In this document: positions 36,086 to 44,400 of the stretch, in pieces
How positions within the stretch are numbered: the stretch's first letter is position 1
How the letters are laid out: every line of letters starts with the position of its first letter
Source of the DNA: Azolla caroliniana
Lineage: Eukaryota > Plantae > Polypodiophyta
Assembly (NCBI GenBank): GCA_043228905.1
Contig: JBHGNT010000234.1
Coordinates: 1 to 47,033, forward strand
Direction: 5' to 3'
Length of the DNA stretch: 47,033 nucleotides
Made by a program: the position numbers and the translations under genes
Notes under the pieces: model-generated
The model's input: the letters and a program-made list of their open reading frames with translations, nothing else
Told to the model about the DNA's origin: nothing
Databases searched by the model: none

Positions 36086-36341
36086 ATTACTTATAAATAG
36101 GGATCTACCACCCATCCCAAACCTAAATTGGTTCAACGCCATTTTGTAGCCTACTCTTTGTAATCCATTTTACGCTTCAATATAATAATTCTCTTTCAAT
36201 TATCTCTCTATCTCTTTTTCTCTCTCTTTCTCTCTCTCATCTCAGTCTTGACAGTTTGAACCAATTTTTTTCCTTTCATCTCTTCGTCTTCCACAAACCC
36301 TAACAAGTTCTCTTCTTCCTTCTCCTCTCCCCTCATAAGCT

Positions 36342-37466
36342 ATGGAGTCCGTGAGCAAACAAGAATACATGCGTGTTCTTTCTGAGCTCGACATGCTCAC
36401 GAATAAATTTGTGGCATTAGAGCACGAGAATCAGAGGCTACTTGGAGATCTACAACACGTGAGCGCCGAAAAAGCTCAACAATATGAAGAGTTATCACAA
36501 TGGGTTCATCAACTTGAGGCGACTATATTGTCATTACGAGAGCAAGCGTCCGGGGCTCAGAACTCCCCTAGAGAGCCAAAGATCAGCCTCCCTGCCAAGT
36601 TTGATGGTACGAGGTCTTTATTTCGAGGCTTTTTGAATCAAGTTCGTTTAGTTATTCAGCTACATCCCAATCGGTATCCAACTGATGCTGCTCGTGTGGG
36701 ATTAGTGGGAACTTTGTTATGCGGTACGGCGTTAGCATGGTTCGCACCACTTCTCGAGAAGAAATCACCATTGCTGGAGGATTTCGAGGCCTTTGTTAAA
36801 GAGTTTCAAGCTAGTTTCGGAGACACCGACAGCACTAGGACAGCGATAAACAAGATTCGAAGGCTCCGACAAGGAGATCGTCCCGCGTCGTCTTATGCAG
36901 CCGATTTCCGTCTCTTGGCATGCGATATCCCTTGGGATGAGGCAGCTTTAATGGATCAATTCCGTCAAGGTTTGAGAAATGATGTCAAAGATCTTCTTCT
37001 TACTTTCCCTGAAGATCCGAAGTCACTTACAGAAGCCATTAGTCGAGCTGTGCGATGTGATAATCGCCTATTTGAGCGACGTTCTGAGCGCCAACAAATG
37101 TTACGCTACCAACCTGAACAGACTTACGCTTCCGTAGTCGCAACGCCTCCACAAGTTTCTAGACCCATTACAAGGGATGGCCCAACTCCGATGGAAATAG
37201 AGTCAACACAACGTCATGGGCCGTTATCAGATGCTGAGAAGCAACGACGTCGAGCGCATCGCCTCTGCCTGTATTGTGGTGGTCCAGGACATATAGCTGT
37301 AAATTGTCCACATAAACCTAGGCGTCAAGTATACCAAGTAAGTGCCCATGAAAACCCTACCTCAAGTTCTATTGTTACTTCTAATAACATAAATAAGCCT
37401 CATAGTCCATGTCATGAGAACAGATTCGATGTCTTGAGTCAATTAGAGGATGTGTTAAACGAGTAA
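36342..37466 (+). CDS. gag: Chromovirus Gag (coiled coil, capsid, CCHC knuckle), 374 aa
   Basis: EPKISLPAKFDG, LRQGDRPASSYAADFR, PTPMEI, CLYCGGPGHIAVNC. Confidence 0.95.
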   Translation: MESVSKQEYMRVLSELDMLTNKFVALEHENQRLLGDLQHVSAEKAQQYEELSQWVHQLEATILSLREQASGAQNSPREPKISLPAKFDGTRSLFRGFLNQVRLVIQLHPNRYPTDAARVGLVGTLLCGTALAWFAPLLEKKSPLLEDFEAFVKEFQASFGDTDSTRTAINKIRRLRQGDRPASSYAADFRLLACDIPWDEAALMDQFRQGLRNDVKDLLLTFPEDPKSLTEAISRAVRCDNRLFERRSERQQMLRYQPEQTYASVVATPPQVSRPITRDGPTPMEIESTQRHGPLSDAEKQRRRAHRLCLYCGGPGHIAVNCPHKPRRQVYQVSAHENPTSSSIVTSNNINKPHSPCHENRFDVLSQLEDVLNE

Positions 37467-37527
37467 GTCCGGCCAAAATAGGAGTCATTTGGCTGGACCA
37501 TCCTAGCTATGTAGAGTTAGTTCCTAG
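37454..37527 (+). promoter_or_regulatory. -1 programmed ribosomal frameshift signal
   Basis: G TTA AAC heptamer 37454-37460, 6-nt spacer, 11-bp stem 37467-37477 / 37488-37498. The -1 frame is open into pol. Confidence 0.8.
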
Positions 37528-40500
37528 TCGTGGTTCCATTTCATCAAATGAAGTGAGTCGAGTTTTTTCAGCACAAGTCGAGCTTACCACATCTACATGT
37601 CATCGAGTCCTAGCCTCTGCCCTTCTAGATTCTGGAGCCAACTCTTGTTTCATGGATCGTGAATTTGCCTTGTCACAAAACATCCTCTTGAATAAGCTTC
37701 CCAACCCAGTAGCCGTAGGAGTCATCGATGGACGTCCCATAGCATCAGGAGATATAGTCGAGGAGTCCGAGCCAATTAGGATAGTTCTTGGCAATTTGGC
37801 AAGCATAATCTCTTTCAATATTATTCGTAGTCCCGACCACCCAATAGTTCTAGGTCTCCCCTGGTTTGAACTCCATAACCCGAAGATTGATTGGATGAAA
37901 AGAACAATTGAGGAGACTCGGGAAAAAAGCACAAATCCCGCATCCCTCTCTCCTACATGTGCTAATAGATCCCCGGAGTTATCGCCCATCTCTTTACGAC
38001 AGTTGCGGGAGGAAGGGGGGAACGAGGCCATGTTCGTCTTCGCGATAGTAGCAACTCCATCATCCACTTCACGTGACGCGGATATTAAACTACCAGAGAA
38101 ATACAAGGAGTTTTCAGATGTCTTTGATAAGGTGAAGGCCAATACATTGCCGGAGCATCGGCCATACGACTGCCCTATTGACTTACAACCAGGGAAAGAA
38201 CCTCCATGGGGCCCAATTTATAATCTCTCCCCTGTAGAGCTAGAGACTTTGCGGGAATATATTGATGAGAATCTGGCAAACGGATTCATTCGGCATTCTA
38301 GATCCCCTGCTGGTGCACCTATCTTCTTCGTTAAGAAGAAGAATGGGACTCTTCGGTTGGTCATGGATTATCGAGGGCTAAACAAAGTGACTATCCGAAA
38401 TAGATATGCTCTACCATTAATCCCGAATCTTTTGGAACGTCTCAGTGGTGCAAAATATTTCATGAAGTTGGACCTTCGCGGAGCATATAATCTAGTTCGG
38501 ATTCGCCCGGGGGATGAATGGAAGACAGCTTTCCGCACTCGCTATGGACATTTTGAGTATACAGTGATGCCATTTGGTCTCACGAATGCACCTGCTGTTT
38601 TCCAACATATGGCGAACGATATTTTTCGAGATTTTCTTGATATCTTCACTATAGTTTACCTAGATGATATTTTAATCTACTCAAAGACCCAAGAGGAGCA
38701 TGATGCACATGTTCGTCAAGTACTGTGCCGACTCCGAGAATATGGTCTCTACGCAAAATTAGAAAAGTGTAGTCAGAATCAAGTGGAATTTTTGGGGTAT
38801 GTTGTATCGTCAAATGGTATTGCTATGGACCCCATGAAGGTACAGGCAATTTTAGAGTGGCAAACGCCCCTTTCAGTGCGTGATGTGCAATGTTTTCTCG
38901 GGTTTGCAAATTTTTATCGAAAATTTATTAAAGATTATTCCAAGGTTGTGCTTCCGCTTACTCAGCTCACACATAAAGATCAACCATTTATATGGAGTTC
39001 AGATGCATCCGAGGCATTCGAAAGCTTAAAACGAGCATTTACAACGGCACCTATCTTAGCACATGTCGACCCAACAAAACGCTTCATCCTCGAAGCCGAT
39101 GCATCCGATTTTGCACTAGGGAGTGTCCTCTCGCAGACTGGAGATGATGGACAACTACACCCTGTCGCCTTTCATTCACGAAAGTTTGAAGCTGCAGAGA
39201 TCAACTACGAGATCCATGACAAAGAGCTTCTTGCAATCATGGATTCGTTTCAACAATGGCGACATTTCCTAGAAGGTTCTTCTCAGCAGATCATTGTCTA
39301 CAATGATCATAAGAACCTGACTTATTTCCAAAATGCTCGAGTCTTGAGTCGGCGACAAGCCCGGTGGGCGCCATTTTTGACTCACTTCGACTTTATCATC
39401 ATATATCGCCCTGGGATGCAGCAAGGCAAAGCAGATGCTCTTTCTCGGCGCTCTTATATGGAACTTCGTCCAGGGGAACCTGCTTTTGAGCATCAAAAAC
39501 AAATCCTTTTGGGTCCTAATCGATTACGATTAATGGTAGTTAACGCCATAACAGCTCTTGAAAATTCCACTCTTCTTGATTCCATTCGAGATCATATGGC
39601 CACTGATGATTTCGCCAAGGATGTTTTGGATCATATCGTCCCGGATCGTGCTTCTTGCTCACAGTCGAAAAATCCTCGTAATGACTATTGTCAGTTCTAT
39701 TGGCATGATGGTTTTCTATTTCGACAAAATTTATTGTATGTTCCTGATAGTCCCCCACGGCTACAAGTTTTGCAACATTGCCATGACTCACCAATGGCTG
39801 GTCATTTTGGAGTTCACAAGACTCTAGAATTAATTTCTCGACGCTATTGGTGGCCTCGCCTTCGTCATTTTGTTGAGGAGTATGTTCGGAGTTGTGATAT
39901 ATGTTGTCGATCAAAGAATCCTCGTCACCGACCCTATGGCTTACTACAACCACTTCCCATTCCGGAAACACCTTGGAAGTCTATATCCTTGGACTTCATT
40001 ACTGATCTCCCAGTTTCAAAAGGTTTTGATGCAATTCTCACAGTTGTTGATCGATTTACCAAAATGGCACATTTCTTGCCATGTACAAAGTCGATTACTA
40101 GTCAAGAGACGGCTGATCTCGTTATGCGGGAGGTATTTAAGCATCATGGTCTGCCAGATGATATTATTAGTGATCGTGGTCCACAATTCATCTCAAAGTT
40201 TTGGAAGCACCTGTTCAAACTTCTCCACATTTCAGTTAAGCTTTCTTCGGGCTATCATCCTGAAACAAATGGCCAAACAGAGCGTACCAACCAGACATTG
40301 GAACAATATCTTCGTTGTTTCATCAACTATCAACAAGATGATTGGGTTGCATTTTTGCACTTGGCGGAATTCGCTTACAACAACTCAGCCCATTCTTCTA
40401 CAGGATATTCCCCATTTTTCGCAAATACGGGTTGTCATCCTCGATGGACGATGAATGCGCATCCAGAAGTTCCTACCAACCCTGCTGCCGAGGATCGTCT

Positions 40501-41098
40501 TAGTCGCCTCCAAGAAATTCAAGCTAACATTCTCCACAATTTGCATGATGCTCAATTTACACACAAGAGGCTTGCCGATCGTCATCGTCTAGACTCCTCA
40601 AAAAAGTTCCACATTGGGGATCATGTATGGCTTCTCCAACACAACATCAAGACCACTCGACCTTGCAGTAAATTGGATTACCAACGTTTTGGCCCTTACA
40701 TGATCACTGGTAAGATAAGTGATGTTGCATTTCGTCTTGACGTCCCTCCGCACATGCATCTTCATCCGGTGTTTCATGTATCCCTTTTGGAACCTTATAC
40801 TACAAGTTCAATTCCGGGCCGTCTTACAACACCCCCACCACCTGTCGAGTTCTTGGACGGGCCTGAATTTGAAGTTGCTGCCATTCTCGATTCTAAAATC
40901 GTGCGCAACAAGTTTTATTACTTGGTCGATTGGCTAGGCTATACCCCCAATGATCGAACTTGGGAACCTGCCACAAATCTTTCCAATGCTGCAGAACTCG
41001 TCAATGCATTTCATCGCCAATATCCTTGTAAACCAGGTCCTAATACAAACCCTACGACCCGTGAGACGTGTCGTCGAAGAAGGGGGATAGTGTCATGA
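37457..41098 (+). CDS. pol: Chromovirus Pol: PR-RT-RNase H-integrase-chromodomain, in the -1 frame relative to gag
   Basis: ALLDSGANSCF, YLDDILIYS, EADASDFALG, HDSPMAGH..CDIC, SDRGPQF, EFEVAAILDSK..YLVDWLGY..TWEP. Confidence 0.95.
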   Translation, partial: KRVSPAKIGVIWLDHPSYVELVPSRGSISSNEVSRVFSAQVELTTSTCHRVLASALLDSGANSCFMDREFALSQNILLNKLPNPVAVGVIDGRPIASGDIVEESEPIRIVLGNLASIISFNIIRSPDHPIVLGLPWFELHNPKIDWMKRTIEETREKSTNPASLSPTCANRSPELSPISLRQLREEGGNEAMFVFAIVATPSSTSRDADIKLPEKYKEFSDVFDKVKANTLPEHRPYDCPIDLQPGKEPPWGPIYNLSPVELETLREYIDENLANGFIRHSRSPAGAPIFFVKKKNGTLRLVMDYRGLNKVTIRNRYALPLIPNLLERLSGAKYFMKLDLRGAYNLVRIRPGDEWKTAFRTRYGHFEYTVMPFGLTNAPAVFQHMANDIFRDFLDIFTIVYLDDILIYSKTQEEHDAHVRQVLCRLREYGLYAKLEKCSQNQVEFLGYVVSSNGIAMDPMKVQAILEWQTPLSVRDVQCFLGFANFYRKFIKDYSKVVLPLTQLTHKDQPFIWSSDASEAFESLKRAFTTAPILAHVDPTKRFILEADASDFALGSVLSQTGDDGQLHPVAFHSRKFEAAEINYEIHDKELLAIMDSFQQWRHFLEGSSQQIIVYNDHKNLTYFQNARVLSRRQARWAPFLTHFDFIIIYRPGMQQGKADALSRRSYMELRPGEPAFEHQKQILLGPNRLRLMVVNAITALENSTLLDSIRDHMATDDFAKDVLDHIVPDRASCSQSKNPRNDYCQFYWHDGFLFRQNLLYVPDSPPRLQVLQHCHDSPMAGHFGVHKTLELISRRYWWPRLRHFVEEYVRSCDICCRSKNPRHRPYGLLQPLPIPETPWKSISLDFITDLPVSKGFDAILTVVDRFTKMAHFLPCTKSITSQETADLVMREVFKHHGLPDDIISDRGPQFISKFWKHLFKLLHISVKLSSGYHPETNGQTERTNQTLEQYLRCFINYQQDDWVAFLHLAEFAYNNSAHSSTGYSPFFANTGCHPRWTMNAHPEVPTNPAAEDRLSRLQEIQANILHNLHDAQFTHKRLADRHRLDSSKKFHIGDHVWLLQHNIKTTRPCSKLDYQRFGPYMITGKISDVAFRLDVPPHMHLHPVFHVSLLEPYTTSSIPGRLTTPPPPVEFLDGPEFEVAAILDSKIVRNKFYYLVDWLGYTPNDRTWEPATNLSNAAELVNAFHRQYPCKPGPNTNPTTRETCRRRRGIVS

Positions 41099-41561
41099 TA
41101 ACAGTCACATCATGCATCGAAAGGATCATGACACTCACATTATGACTCGAAAGGATTTGAACCCACGACCTTGTTGTACACATGTCAAATCCTTAACCAT
41201 TGTATTAATATTCTTATATGTATAGTCTCTAGAATATGAAATCTAATATCATAGGAATATTCTATATTACTCTACATTCTAGAATGACCTAGAATATTCT
41301 AGAGTGTTCTATACCACTAGAACCTTCTAGAATACTCTAGAGATCTTCTAGATTACTCTACATTCTAGGATAACCTAGAATATTCTAGAGAGTTCTCTAT
41401 TACTTATAAATAGGGATCTACCACCCATCCCAAACCTAAATTGGTTCAACGCCATTTTGTAGCCTACTCTTTGTAATCCATTTTACGCTTCAATATAATA
41501 ATTCTCTTTCAATTATCTCTCTATCTCTTTTTCTCTCTCTTTCTCTCTCTCAGTCTTGACA
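41091..41561 (+). repeat. 3' LTR of chromovirus
   Basis: Near-identical to 35778-36253. Confidence 0.97.
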
Positions 41562-41566
41562 GGTTT

Positions 41567-42458
41567 TGGATTTTGTAGGCCCATTCAAACCGGCAGCAGT
41601 ACGGACAGGCAATCGATATATTATAGTTGTCACTGATTGCTGCACGAAGTGGGTAGAAGCTAAAGCTCTTAGGGATAATACGACAGTTTCAACAACAAAA
41701 ATTTTGTACGAATCTATATGGTGTAGATTCGGTTGCCCAATAGAATTAGTGAGCGATCAAGGTACACATTTCATTAACAAGCTTGTTCATGAATTGTCTA
41801 CATACTATGCAGTTGTTCATAAGAAAAGCATGCCTTACTATCCACAAGCGAATGGCTTGGTGGAGTCGATAAACAAAACCCTCTAGACGATACTCAAAAA
41901 GACAGTAAATGAGAATCGTACGGACTAGGATCAAAAGTTGCATAGTGCTTTATGGGCATATCACATGTCGTACAAAACATCTATTAAATCAACACCTTTT
42001 CGAATGGCTTTCGGATTGGAGGTAGTTATGCCAATCGAATTCCAGATTCCGACACTCCGAATACAAGCAACCGAAAAATTAAATGAACTATAGTCGGAGC
42101 AAATTCGGAAGGAATCTTTATTGCTGTTAGAAGAAGACCAAATACAAGCTATGTCAGCTTTGGAGCACAAACAGAGGCAAACGAAGGCATTTGTAAATCG
42201 ACACCGACAAAAACCGAAACTCAATTCGGAATCGGGAAACGGGTACCTATTTTTTAGACCAGGATGGGGGCTATGCCAGGTAAACTTCGATATAGATGGA
42301 TAGGACCAGTTTGGATCAGGAATAGTAACAATGGTACGTATCAACTGGGAACCTTATCAGGTGCGATTTTGCCGAAATGGGTCAATGGTTTCCGGCTTAA
42401 GCCATATCATGGAGACATGCCAAAAAATCCATTTAAGGCTGAATCGGAAGAAAAGTAA
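41567..42458 (+). pseudogene. Remainder of host gypsy integrase (core and GPY/F-type module), with stops
   Basis: DFVGPF, TKWVEAKAL, SDQGTHF, YYPQANGLVE, GKLRYRWIGP, VNGFRLKPY. Confidence 0.9.
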
Positions 42459-42666
42459 AAAGAAAAAAGAAAACTAACTATGGAAAATTTTCTTGCCAAA
42501 TCATAACTAACTGTCAAGAAGAGAATCTTGGAATGACTTAAGAAGGCTATAAGTAAGAAGTAGTGGAGGCATGTTTTTATTAGTCATGATTGCTATTTCT
42601 AGCTTTTACTCCACTAGTACACCGAGTCATTACCTACATTAATAGTACCTTTATTCCCTAGGCATC

Positions 42667-43362
42667 ATGCAAAAAATTAATTCCTTAAAACCTATTTCTG
42701 TAATGTCTGTTTCACCACAGAAGCAGAAACGCATTCGAGCTCACAAGTTTTTTGATCTTCTTCGCCATAGCCCACAACGTTTTCCACCATCACCACAGAG
42801 CGACGATCTGTCAGTCGATGACGACAATATGCCAATTACTGTATCTGATAATTTGCGCCGCTGGTTTGTTCGCAATAATTTACAAGGATTCTTGAAAGTC
42901 GTAGAAGTAGAGCCGCACCCAAACGCTGAAGCTCTAATGGAAGAACTCGATGTCTCGAAAATCACAAATAAGAAGGTAAGAGCGGCGTTGGAGATGCCAA
43001 GAGGCGGGTTCGACGCGGTCAACAAAGTCACAAAAGAGGGGTTGCGGTCCTATTTTGGTGAGTATTCGCCCTCCGCCAAAGCGTATCAGACACTAGGAGG
43101 TAGGGATGTGTTTTTTCATGAAGTGGCAATTTTTTTATTGGAAGTAGGGTTTATTATTAGTCCGAGATTCTACTGTATGCCCAAAAAGAGGGCTAGATTT
43201 ATCATCGCCGCTTATGAAGGCGAAGCTTTCGATTGGGGGCTACTGTCGGCAGATGCTCTGAGAGAACAACTGAACGGAGTTCAGAAGGGAAAACCAATGA
43301 AGCCGATTTTCGCTCATTGGTTATTGGTATTATTTCCGGTTTCAGAGCCGATGCCAAGATAG
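42667..43362 (+). CDS. Extra ORF downstream of gypsy pol (unknown accessory protein), 3'-truncated at ~43350
   Basis: 231-aa ORF ~200 bp after the integrase on the same strand; ends where an antisense gag fragment begins. Confidence 0.55.
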   Translation: MQKINSLKPISVMSVSPQKQKRIRAHKFFDLLRHSPQRFPPSPQSDDLSVDDDNMPITVSDNLRRWFVRNNLQGFLKVVEVEPHPNAEALMEELDVSKITNKKVRAALEMPRGGFDAVNKVTKEGLRSYFGEYSPSAKAYQTLGGRDVFFHEVAIFLLEVGFIISPRFYCMPKKRARFIIAAYEGEAFDWGLLSADALREQLNGVQKGKPMKPIFAHWLLVLFPVSEPMPR

Positions 43363-44400
43363 CTTGATCTCTCGTGGACAGCCTCCTGAATCGACTTTTG
43401 AATGCTGAAAACACATCGAGGACCGTCAACCCCTTGTCTGGTGTTTCCACCCAATCTTCAAATCCCCTTCGCGTTGCCTTGGAGGAGTCCCCGATAGCGA
43501 ATGTAGTCTTCAACGCTTCTTCAAACACCACCCACATTGGACTTTGTTGTTGTATCCTGTGGATACTCCCTTGAAGCCCATCCGTAGCCACCCGATTGAA
43601 AGATGTCACTTGCAATCCTTCTGATATTCTGCATCACAGCATCTCCGCCTTGTAGTCCCGTAGATAACGTGACACATCCTTCCCGTTGAATTTCTTGTTT
43701 CGTTGCACGAGCCGTTCTACTGCCGTCGCAATCTCCGACATTGCGTGTTGTTCTTGTAGCATTCGCTCAAACATCGTCATCATGTGGTTAGCCTCTTGTT
43801 GATTCTCCATCTCCTTGCGGGCCCCTTTTCACGTTAGGTTCATCAAATGTGTCGTGTCTTTCGACGCTGGATTGTTGCATGAGTCGGGTGGGAACCGCCG
43901 ACATTTTGGACTAGGAGGAGGAGAATTGAAAGGCAAGTAAGAATATGAGATTGGAAGAGAAAGAAATAGACACCTCATCAATCCCTTGAGTGTATTATGT
44001 TAGGTTAATCAATCCTTAGAATCTAATAGTATAATGGAATAGATAGAAGAAAAATCGTGAAATACATGTGTGTAATGTATTAGATCAATATTTAGAAACC
44101 CAAAAAAAAATCCTCAATCCATACATTTTGCTTCCCCCTATCCTTCTTTAGTGATGGGAGATATGAAATATATCTTGTTACATGCAAGCATGATGCTTTT
44201 TCTCTAACTCGAGTGCTCATGCACACTAGATGTGCATCATTAGCTTTTTTTATCATACTTTTCTTTTAACTCAAGTGTTCATGCACATTAGATGTACATG
44301 AATAACTTTCTCTATGATGCCTTTTCTTTTACTTGAGTGTATATGCATTAATAACCCTTTTTATCATGCTTAACTAGAATATTTACGTGGGATAACTTTT
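43351..44400 (-). mobile_element. Phygy-like fragment: gag N-terminus (43810 to ~43353), Trp-type PBS (43828-43845), partial 5' LTR (43850-44400)
   Basis: MENQQEANHMMTMFERML..FNGKDVSRYLRDY; LTR start matches 2515; cut by a copia LTR at 44401. Confidence 0.8.

Larger units (their letters stand above)
35778..36253 (+). repeat. 5' LTR of chromovirus
   Basis: TGTCA...TGACA termini; TATAAATA at 36092-36099. Confidence 0.97.
35778..41561 (+). mobile_element. Intact, very young Tcn1-like chromovirus (Ty3/gypsy)
   Basis: LTRs 35778-36253 and 41091-41561, identical by eye except a 5-bp indel in the CT tract. TSD GGTTT (35773-35777 / 41562-41566); PPT GAAGAAGGGGGATAG 41076-41090; open gag and pol. 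Confidence 0.97.
31925..43350 (+). mobile_element. Decayed Athila-like non-chromovirus Ty3/gypsy (no LTRs seen), interrupted by a chromovirus
   Basis: gag with Zn knuckles, PR, RT, RH, INT and an extra 3' ORF. The integrase frame FQKWV|LDFVGPF rejoins across the insertion. Confidence 0.85.
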
